Source of the DNA: an uncultured Nitrosomonadaceae bacterium
GTDB lineage: Bacteria > Pseudomonadota > Gammaproteobacteria > Burkholderiales > Nitrosomonadaceae
DNA: 32,000 nt
Assembly (NCBI GenBank): GCA_943787405.1
Contig: CALSMH010000003.1
Location: forward strand, 354,218 to 386,217
Direction: 5' to 3'
A model generated the notes under the pieces. That model searched no databases and was not told the DNA's origin. It saw only the letters and a program-made list of their open reading frames with translations. Shown one piece after another: positions 20,918 through 28,893 of this stretch (its first letter is position 1; every line of letters starts with the position of its first letter). A program made the position numbers and the translations under genes.

Positions 20918-21695
20918 AAATAATTCCAATAGGTTGAGACTGTGTAATTTCTACCAAACCTTCTTTTGCAAGCTCAAGTAACGCAAGAAAAGTCACCACT
21001 ACCTCAGACAGCCCAGCATTGCGTCCAAATAATTCATTAAATTTAATAAATGCATGTCCGCGCAAATCACGCATAATACGAGTCATATGTGACCTTACTG
21101 AAAGTTCCGCTCGTGTAACACGATGATGACTTCTATTTTTTGCACGTACTGCCAGCATAATCCATGCATTACGCAGGTCATCTACATTAACATCTGGCAG
21201 ATGCTTAATTTCTGCCTCCTCAATTAATACCTGAACCAGTGTAAAATCACGATCAGCCTGAGGTATATCATTTAGCCGTTGTGCCGCTAGTTTCATCTGC
21301 TCGTATTCTAATAATCGACGCACTAATTCAGCACGAGGATCTAAATCATCTTCATTAGCATTAATGGTAGGCCGAGGTAACAGCATGCGCGATTTAATTT
21401 CAATTAGAAGCGCGGTCATCAATAGATATTCTGCCGTTAGTTCAAGTTGGTTAGTACGCATGAGCTCAACATAAGCCATATATTGCCTCGTGAGCTCTGC
21501 CATTGGAATATCTAGAATTTCTAGACTATGCTTACGAATAAGATAAAGTAACAAGTCCAACGGCCCTTGGAATGTATCAAGAAATACTTCCAAGGCATCT
21601 GGCGGAATAAACAGATCCCTCGGCATATCCAACAGCGGTTCTCCGTGGATATTTGCAATAGGGACCCTTTCTGTAAGATTAGGAAATTGGCTCAC
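20883..21695 (-). CDS. scpA: segregation and condensation protein A
   Basis: 270 aa with the ScpA N-terminal block FQGPLDLLLYLIRKHSLEILDIPMAELTRQY. The start codon is GTG and no in-frame ATG precedes the conserved block. Confidence 0.85.
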   Translation of the reverse strand: MSQFPNLTERVPIANIHGEPLLDMPRDLFIPPDALEVFLDTFQGPLDLLLYLIRKHSLEILDIPMAELTRQYMAYVELMRTNQLELTAEYLLMTALLIEIKSRMLLPRPTINANEDDLDPRAELVRRLLEYEQMKLAAQRLNDIPQADRDFTLVQVLIEEAEIKHLPDVNVDDLRNAWIMLAVRAKNRSHHRVTRAELSVRSHMTRIMRDLRGHAFIKFNELFGRNAGLSEVVVTFLALLELAKEGLVEITQSQPIGIIYVKSVDRLASV

Positions 21696-21767
21696 GATGA
21701 AATAAAACCCATTTATCTGATCTAATTATACCGTGCGGACTATATAGGCAATTGCAGAAAAAAAACA

Positions 21768-22970
21768 CTAAGAGTAACTTAGGCCCATCGCCTCTTTTAC
21801 ATCACGCATGGTTTCCTGTGCTAATTTATCAGCTTTCTCGCAGCCATCTGCGATAATATTGCGTACTAAAGTAGGATCTTCTTCGTACATTCTTGCACGC
21901 TCATGCATTGGCTGTTGTTCTGCCAAAACCGCCTCAATTACTGGTTGCTTGCACTCTAGACAACCGATTCCCGCACTTTTACACCCCTCCTGCACCCAAT
22001 CTTTAACTTTATCATTTGAATAAACTAAATGAAACTGCCAAACGGGACACTTAGCCGGATCACCTGGATCTCCACGCCTAATACGTGCCGGATCCGTCCG
22101 CATCGTTCTAATTTTATTCTTAACACTATCGGGTTCTTCTCTCAAGCCAATTGTATTATTGTAGGATTTAGACATTTTTTGACTATCTAAGCCCGGCATC
22201 TTTGACGCTTTGGTAAGCATTCCTTCAGGCTCTGAAAGGATCATCTTACCGCCCCCTTCAAGATAACCGAATAGCCGCTCCCGATCTCCCATATTCAAAT
22301 TTTGTTGCTCATCAAGCAAAGACCTCGCCGTTTCCAGAGCTTCGCTATCTCCCTTTTCCTGATAACGATTACGTAATTCTCTATAAATCTTAGATTTCTT
22401 AGAGCCAAGTTTCTTTATCGCTGCCTCGGCCTTCTCTTTGAATCCAGCTTCCTTACCATAAATATGGTTAAAGCGGCGTGAGATTTCACGGGTAAACTCT
22501 ATATGTGGCATCTGATCCTCCCCAACCGGAACACGATTAGCACGATAAATAAGAATATCCGCACTCTGCAATAAAGGATAGCCAAGGAAACCAAAAGTAC
22601 TCAGATCTTTATCTGTTAAATTCTCTTGCTGATCTTTGTAAGTAGGGACTCTCTCTAACCAACCTAGCGGTGTAATCATTGAGAGCAATAGATGCAATTC
22701 GGCATGCGCAGGAATGCGTGACTGAATAAACAGTGTTGCCTGCGCTGGGTCCACGCCAGCGGCAAGCCAGTCCACCACCATGTCCCATACATTTTGTTCG
22801 ATTATTTCTGGCGAATCATAATGAGTAGTGAGAGCATGCCAATCAGCGACAAAAAACAAGCACTCAAATTCTTGCTGTAATTCCACCCAGTTTTTCAGCA
22901 CACCATGATAGTGACCTAAATGTAGATTACCAGTGGGACGCATCCCAGATAATACTCGATCAGTAAACAT
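21768..22970 (-). CDS. trpS: tryptophan--tRNA ligase (long form with a four-Cys motif)
   Basis: 400 aa. The HIGH-type motif is TGNLHLGHY and the KMSKS motif is literally KMSKS. A long insertion precedes KMSKS. A C-x21-C-x6-C-x2-C motif lies at residues 308/330/337/340. Confidence 0.93.
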   Translation of the reverse strand: MFTDRVLSGMRPTGNLHLGHYHGVLKNWVELQQEFECLFFVADWHALTTHYDSPEIIEQNVWDMVVDWLAAGVDPAQATLFIQSRIPAHAELHLLLSMITPLGWLERVPTYKDQQENLTDKDLSTFGFLGYPLLQSADILIYRANRVPVGEDQMPHIEFTREISRRFNHIYGKEAGFKEKAEAAIKKLGSKKSKIYRELRNRYQEKGDSEALETARSLLDEQQNLNMGDRERLFGYLEGGGKMILSEPEGMLTKASKMPGLDSQKMSKSYNNTIGLREEPDSVKNKIRTMRTDPARIRRGDPGDPAKCPVWQFHLVYSNDKVKDWVQEGCKSAGIGCLECKQPVIEAVLAEQQPMHERARMYEEDPTLVRNIIADGCEKADKLAQETMRDVKEAMGLSYS

Positions 22971-23009
22971 TCTATTTCATCCTTGATTATTCTATAGCTA
23001 AATACTTTA

Positions 23010-23681
23010 TCAAATTTGTAGCCCAGTTACCCAAGCTACCAGTCTTATGGTAATAAATATAAAGGGTTCTATAACAGCACCAAGTACACCAGTAAACAGT
23101 AAAACCAATAGAATGATAAACCCATAAGGCTCAATCTGAGCAAAACGATACGCAATACCCTGAGGTAGCAAGCTCATTGCTATACGGCCACCATCTAAAG
23201 GAGGCAAAGGTAGCAAATTAAGAACCAACAATATCACATTTACTAAGATACCGGCCTGCCCCATTAATAGCATTGGTTCAGAAAAATTACTTTCTGGTAT
23301 GGTCAGACCAAACTTAAAAACCAAAGCCCAAAGGAAAGCCATAAAAAGGTTGGCCCCTGGTCCCGCAGCAGCTACCCATAGCATGTCACGTTTTGGATGA
23401 CGAAGGTTGCCAAAATTAATCGGTACCGGTTTTGCCCAGCCAAATAAATATGGTGAGCTAACTGCCAGAAGCAATAATGGCACAACAACTGTGCCCATCG
23501 GATCGATGTGCCGCAAGGGGTTCAGAGTAACGCGCCCCTGAGCATATGCGGTAAGATCACCATATTGCTTTGCTACGTAACCATGTGCTGCCTCGTGCAA
23601 AGTAATGGCCAGTGTCACTGGAAGTGCAAAAATAGCAATTCCCTGAATAATTCTATCCATATCCTGAATAATACTATCCAT
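23010..23681 (-). CDS. site-2 protease (peptidase M50) family membrane metalloprotease
   Basis: 223 aa and highly hydrophobic. It has an HExxH motif (LHEAAHG) in the first TM region and a later LLPLPPLDGG motif typical of M50. Its start overlaps the yciO stop by 8 nt. An alternative Met lies 7 codons in. Confidence 0.8.
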   Translation of the reverse strand: MDSIIQDMDRIIQGIAIFALPVTLAITLHEAAHGYVAKQYGDLTAYAQGRVTLNPLRHIDPMGTVVVPLLLLAVSSPYLFGWAKPVPINFGNLRHPKRDMLWVAAAGPGANLFMAFLWALVFKFGLTIPESNFSEPMLLMGQAGILVNVILLVLNLLPLPPLDGGRIAMSLLPQGIAYRFAQIEPYGFIILLVLLFTGVLGAVIEPFIFITIRLVAWVTGLQI

Positions 23682-24306
23682 TAATCGCTCCGAATGGGGC
23701 TAAACTACCCTTGCCGTTACGTACCAATTTTGGCTCGCCTCCTGTTAAATCAATCACTGTTGTCATCTCCAGGCTACAGGCGCCACCATCCAGCACTAAT
23801 TCTACTTTGCGCTCAAGACGATCTCGAATTTCCTTTGGATCATTGAGAGGAATCTCATCATCAGGCAGAATCAAAGTTGAATTTAACAATGGCTCGTCCA
23901 ACTCCTCTAACAGCGCCTGAACCAAGCTATGATCAGGGACTCTAAGGCCAATAGTGCTTCGTTTAGGATGCTGTAAACGACGAGGGACTTCTCGAGTAGC
24001 CTCAAGTATAAATGTATAACTACCCGGGGTAGTTGCTTTAAGTAATCTGTATTGGCTATTACTAACTTTAGCATAATTAGATATTTCAGAAAGACTCCGA
24101 CATGCTAGTGAAAAGTGATGTTGCTCATTCACGCCCCGTATACTTCGAATACGAGCCATGGCACTCTTGTCACCTAGTTGACATCCAAGAGCATAGCAAG
24201 AGTCAGTTGGATAAACAATTACACCACCTGCACGTACAGTATCTGCTGCTTGACGTAATAAGCGAGATTGCGGGTTGTCAGGATGAATTGAGAAAAATTG
24301 AGCCAC
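23674..24306 (-). CDS. yciO: YciO/YrdC/Sua5-family (threonylcarbamoyl-AMP synthase-like) protein
   Basis: 210 aa with a GTG start. The N-terminus AQFFSIHPDNPQSRLLRQAADTVRAGGVIVYPTDSCYALGC closely parallels E. coli YciO as I recall it. It is adjacent to trpH, as in E. coli. Confidence 0.78.
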   Translation of the reverse strand: MAQFFSIHPDNPQSRLLRQAADTVRAGGVIVYPTDSCYALGCQLGDKSAMARIRSIRGVNEQHHFSLACRSLSEISNYAKVSNSQYRLLKATTPGSYTFILEATREVPRRLQHPKRSTIGLRVPDHSLVQALLEELDEPLLNSTLILPDDEIPLNDPKEIRDRLERKVELVLDGGACSLEMTTVIDLTGGEPKLVRNGKGSLAPFGAING

Positions 24307-24362
24307 GTTAACAGGAGTTTATAGTATTAATGTTGAATTATTTTTTAGAACTATTTTTTGTA

Positions 24363-25205
24363 CTATATTCTTCTGTCCCAATCATGCCAAATCGGCATAC
24401 ATTCAATCGGGAACTCTGGCATTCGGCCTAAATCAAAATAACTTTCTTTGGGCCCATGAAAATCTGAGCCGCATGAGGCAAGTAAATTCATTCGGTTTGC
24501 ATGTTGTGCAAATATTAGAGACTGCTCAGGAGTGTGACTGGCAGTAATAACCTCTAGGCCAGATCCACCAAGCGCACAAAACTCTAATAGTAGTTCATTC
24601 AGTAAATTCTTACCTAATTTATAGCGTGCTGGATGAGCAATCACAGCCTTGCCACCACTTCCACATATCCAACCCACCGCATCATTTAATGAAGCCCATT
24701 GATGTGATACATATCCGGGCTTACCTTTAACTAGATATTTCTTAAATACAGATTTCACATTCTTAGCATATCCCTGCTCAGCTAAAAAACGGGCAAAATG
24801 AGTGCGCCCAATTAAGCCGTCTTCCCCAGCATAATAATAGGCGCCCTCTAAGCTACCCTGAATGCCAACTTTATCAAGTTGTGCAGCAATCTTATTTCCA
24901 CGTGTAACTCTCCCATTACGAATGGCTGCTAAACCTTGTTTCAACGGAAGATACTTTGGATCTACATCAAGACCGATAATATGAAGTGTTCTATTCCGCC
25001 AAGTAACCGATATTTCCACCCCATTAATAAAAATTATATTCTTCTCATTTGCAACACGACGAGCCTCATCCAGCCCACCCAGATCGTCATGATCAGTCAG
25101 TGCTAGCATGTTTACTCCGCGCGTAGCTGCACGTTCAACCAGCTGTGTAGGTGTTAATGTGCCGTCAGAAATATTGGAATGACAATGCAGATCGATATTG
25201 AGCAT
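24363..25205 (-). CDS. trpH: PHP-domain phosphoesterase TrpH/YciV family
   Basis: 280 aa with the PHP N-terminal metal motif IDLHCHSNISDG and later LTDHD, HP and DFHG motifs. Confidence 0.82.
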   Translation of the reverse strand: MLNIDLHCHSNISDGTLTPTQLVERAATRGVNMLALTDHDDLGGLDEARRVANEKNIIFINGVEISVTWRNRTLHIIGLDVDPKYLPLKQGLAAIRNGRVTRGNKIAAQLDKVGIQGSLEGAYYYAGEDGLIGRTHFARFLAEQGYAKNVKSVFKKYLVKGKPGYVSHQWASLNDAVGWICGSGGKAVIAHPARYKLGKNLLNELLLEFCALGGSGLEVITASHTPEQSLIFAQHANRMNLLASCGSDFHGPKESYFDLGRMPEFPIECMPIWHDWDRRI

Positions 25206-25404
25206 AAAACAGACTGTTTTTACAAGAAATAAGCTTCACATCATAGCATAAGGAGGAAGGGAGAAACCGATCGCACAAAGGCGTGATGGACGACTAATTA
25301 TAAAATTAAAAACTGATTCTCTATTAAGACTTTGTAGTTCGATAACGTACTATATATAGGATGTGATGCCTTCGCCCATTTATCTATTTCTGAAAATATA
25401 TTAC

Positions 25405-28400
25405 CTACTCTTCATATGCCCACTCTCGCCACCCCTTTAACAACGGGAAATATAGTCCCAGCTTGATCTGCCGAGTATCAATCCGACTCATCATTACAGC
25501 ATAACGATTGAGCTGGGCACGATATCTTTCCTGCTCACGATCAAGAAAAAAATCCACATCTGTACCTGCATGGCTACTGGTTTTATAATCTATAATCCAA
25601 CGCGAACCATCCATATCAATAAAAGTACGATCGATTACTAAACTAACTAGGTCCCCGTCAATTATTGTTGTCATATGTAGCTCATTTTGAGAATTTTTCT
25701 GCGGGCCAAGTAACCACTGGCCGTGGGCATCATGTACTGTATGGATAAGCGCCGATTTTATTCGTGTAACTGCAGATTCTATTTCATCATTATTGCCGCT
25801 CATCCCACATGCAACTAGATTCTGTTTAAATATATTGTGTAAATTTTCAATTCGATTCTTGTCCCACTTATCTAATTTATCTTCGGCAATATTCTGCAGC
25901 CATCGATGCACGACACTCCCAATATGTCGTGCAGTTTCTCCTGCCCATGAAAACTCAATTTCTTGAGCACATACCTTTTCCTTTGGTGATCCCCATTTCA
26001 CATGTGCCGGTGCAGAAGGAAATATCCAATCAGATGTAAGACGACGGAGTGATTGATCAATTGAATGCCCCTTCTGACTCTCAGTTTCACCTTTACCAAT
26101 TAGAGGTTTTTCTTCTGCTGCAATCCTAGCAAAGGTTGGTTGCGCAACTGGCCACAGCTTGCTCAATAATGATTTTGCTGAGGGTTTCTTTGGCTCGAAC
26201 ACACCCTTAACATTGGAAAGAGCTGTGTTACCCAACAAGTGTAAAAACTTTTTTGCACGTGTTGATGCAACATAAAGAAGGCGCTCATCCTCAAAGGACT
26301 CTTTCTCTTGCTCAAGCTTCTCCAACCAAGGGTAAATAAGGTCAATGGTTTCACCCTCTTCCTGAATCGGTGCGAGTAACAAATCATTTTGCTCTCCCCT
26401 TACATCATCCAAGATATATGTTCGCTCCGCCCACATAAGTAATTCTTTTTCGTTTCTACGTGGCGGGCGCCCGAGACCAGGCACGATCACATAATCGAAT
26501 TCAAGTCCCTTCGACTCATGAATTGTCATGAGCTGCAGCGTGTCATCAGCCTCCGTATCGGGTAGCGCATAAAGGTCTGCAAGCCCCTCTTTAAATGCTG
26601 CCAATTCATAGATATCCCCCATTTCTTCATGGACCTCAAGATAATCAAGGTAGATTTTTGCATCTCCGAGATCAGTTTCATTATTAACACAAGCCGGCCC
26701 CCCAAGCGCAAGCCATGCTGCTTCAACAACTGCACGTAGAGACTGTCTGTTACGATTATTTATACAACTTTCTAACACTTCTCGCATACGCAGTAATCGA
26801 ATGACCCCATCAGCAGAGACTGCTGATAAACGAGCATCATCATTGAGCGACTCCCATACTGTCTGACGATTTTTTCTTAAACTATTTTCTCCAGGATTCT
26901 CTATGTCAGCAACAGGGTTGATTTGTGCTGGGAAGAGTGCATATAGATCGGCGAGTTTTAGGCCACACCATGGGGCACGCAGCACAGCAAGCCACGCTAA
27001 TTTGTCTGCCAAATGCGCTAATGCACGTGTTAATACCAGTAAATCCTGTACTACTGGTCGGCGGCCCAATTCTTCCATCCTAACTGCGCGAAATCGAAGT
27101 CCCATTTTTCTTAACTGCGGGATAATTTCATCATATAAAGCTTTACGGGTACGGCCAAGAATAGCAATGGTGGCAGACGGATCATCGCGACGCGTCCTCA
27201 CAACAATCTCTACCAGCTCTTTAGCCTCTGCTGCATGATCTCCATTAAAAGATGGATGGATGCTAACTGACTCACCAACTAGTCCCTTATGTATTGAAAC
27301 AGAAGCCGTATAGGGTACGGCACCAGCCGAAACACCCTCCTCTCTTATCGGCATTATCTGTGAAAAGGTGTTATTGACCCAATTTATAATGCCGCTCTGT
27401 GAACGAAAGTTGGTACATAACACAATTGATTCTAATTCAATGTTACCAATATTTTCAGTACGGGCACGTGAAAACAAACTCACCTCTGCTTCACGAAAGC
27501 GATAAATTGACTGCATCGGATCACCAACGACAAACAAGGTACGTCCATCACCAGACTCCCATCCAGCAGTAAGCTTAGTAATTAAATCATATTGACTTCT
27601 CGAAGTATCCTGAAACTCATCCATTAACAAATGCTGCATACGATAATCAAGTGCTAGCGCCAGATCAGTTGGTGCATCAGACTCTCCAAGAGCTTGTAAG
27701 GCCCCCAGCATGACCTCAGTATAATCAACCCTGCCCCGCGCTTGAAACACAAGTTTTAGCTGCGCAACGGTGTATGGTAATAAACGAGTGATTGAACCAA
27801 GCGCTTCCCACTGAGCATCAGTGTAAGTAGGTGGTGGAAGCCTGCGTAAATCATGTAACCATTGTCGTAATGTGTCATCTTCCTTGAGCTTGTCGATCAA
27901 TGTGAAAGCGCGGCCTTTCCACAATTTTACTTCTTCTTTCTCATCAACAGTGCTACCTGACGGGAAGCCCTCGTTTTTTGTTAATCGCTTTCGCCAACCA
28001 CCTTCTTCTGTCAGCAGAAGCTGTACTATACCTTTCCAGGAATCGACATCATGCTCTTCACATCCAGGCATTACATTTAATTGCTCGCAAATATCGAACG
28101 GTAAATTCCCGTCGCCATCCTTAATGTTAGTGGCGGCATAACGTGCAAGCTTAACCAATTCTTCCTGCATCGATTCAGGATAGATATTTGATACATTTTT
28201 AAGTGCCCCATACCTAATATTCTGTAGTCCCGTTTCTAATTCCTCTCGGCCCTTACCTATAACATGACGTAACCAGTGATTACGTTTCTTCAGTATTTTG
28301 GAGAGTAATTTTTCGGCACGACTCACATCATTGCCAAGATGCCCTAGTAATTGCTCGGCATCCTGTGCCGCTACATTATCCTTTTGTTCCGAAAAATTAT

Positions 28401-28893
28401 TACTTGTAGCCAGACCAATGGTCGCACGAGCTGCCTCACGATAAAGATCAGATGCATCCGGTGTGCTTTCCATTTGGGAACTGGATTTAGACAGTATCGG
28501 CATCTGACGTACAAGTGATGCACACAATGAATCAATAGTTTGGATACGTAGTCGCGTTGGATTTTTAATAATCTGCCAACCGGACTGATCATCGTGCTGT
28601 AATACTGCACTAGCTAACTTGCGGGTTAATTTTACATGCTCATTTTCAGAAATATCACTAGACTGAGTAAGTGCTGCAAGCACTCCTTTTTGTATTTCTG
28701 CCACGGCTTTCTTTGTGAACGTAATCACTACTATCTCTTCAGGCTCTTCAACGCGTGCAAGCAGTTTAAGATATCGCTGAATCAAGAGCCCGGTCTTGCC
28801 TGACCCTGCTGGCGCCTGAACGATAAACGAGCATGTAGGATCAAGTGCACGTTTTCGCTCAGCAAGATCTGAAATATGTGTAGTATCGTTCAT
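25405..28893 (-). CDS. addA: AddA-like UvrD-family helicase with a C-terminal PD-(D/E)XK nuclease domain
   Basis: 1162 aa. Walker A is QAPAGSGKTGLL, the DExx-like motif is LLMDEFQDTS, and there are UvrD-type motifs (VGDPMQSIYRFR, TIHESKGLEFD). The C-terminal nuclease motif is WIIDYKTS. Its ATG overlaps the addB stop as ATGA. Confidence 0.78.
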   Translation of the reverse strand: MNDTTHISDLAERKRALDPTCSFIVQAPAGSGKTGLLIQRYLKLLARVEEPEEIVVITFTKKAVAEIQKGVLAALTQSSDISENEHVKLTRKLASAVLQHDDQSGWQIIKNPTRLRIQTIDSLCASLVRQMPILSKSSSQMESTPDASDLYREAARATIGLATSNNFSEQKDNVAAQDAEQLLGHLGNDVSRAEKLLSKILKKRNHWLRHVIGKGREELETGLQNIRYGALKNVSNIYPESMQEELVKLARYAATNIKDGDGNLPFDICEQLNVMPGCEEHDVDSWKGIVQLLLTEEGGWRKRLTKNEGFPSGSTVDEKEEVKLWKGRAFTLIDKLKEDDTLRQWLHDLRRLPPPTYTDAQWEALGSITRLLPYTVAQLKLVFQARGRVDYTEVMLGALQALGESDAPTDLALALDYRMQHLLMDEFQDTSRSQYDLITKLTAGWESGDGRTLFVVGDPMQSIYRFREAEVSLFSRARTENIGNIELESIVLCTNFRSQSGIINWVNNTFSQIMPIREEGVSAGAVPYTASVSIHKGLVGESVSIHPSFNGDHAAEAKELVEIVVRTRRDDPSATIAILGRTRKALYDEIIPQLRKMGLRFRAVRMEELGRRPVVQDLLVLTRALAHLADKLAWLAVLRAPWCGLKLADLYALFPAQINPVADIENPGENSLRKNRQTVWESLNDDARLSAVSADGVIRLLRMREVLESCINNRNRQSLRAVVEAAWLALGGPACVNNETDLGDAKIYLDYLEVHEEMGDIYELAAFKEGLADLYALPDTEADDTLQLMTIHESKGLEFDYVIVPGLGRPPRRNEKELLMWAERTYILDDVRGEQNDLLLAPIQEEGETIDLIYPWLEKLEQEKESFEDERLLYVASTRAKKFLHLLGNTALSNVKGVFEPKKPSAKSLLSKLWPVAQPTFARIAAEEKPLIGKGETESQKGHSIDQSLRRLTSDWIFPSAPAHVKWGSPKEKVCAQEIEFSWAGETARHIGSVVHRWLQNIAEDKLDKWDKNRIENLHNIFKQNLVACGMSGNNDEIESAVTRIKSALIHTVHDAHGQWLLGPQKNSQNELHMTTIIDGDLVSLVIDRTFIDMDGSRWIIDYKTSSHAGTDVDFFLDREQERYRAQLNRYAVMMSRIDTRQIKLGLYFPLLKGWREWAYEE

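Noticed and set aside
21747-21767. A palindrome gcaattgc is followed by an A-run between trpS and scpA, which could suggest a terminator.
   Set aside because: On the transcribed (minus) strand the T-run precedes the palindrome, which is the wrong order. The palindrome has no loop, so it is not an intrinsic terminator.
25206-25404. The 199-nt addA-trpH spacer contains a plus-strand AAGGAGGA and a cgatcg palindrome, so I considered a small gene or ncRNA.
   Set aside because: No start codon lies at a suitable distance from the SD-like sequence, and the only nearby ORF is M-D-D-stop. I could pair no stable hairpin. It is probably just the trpH promoter region.
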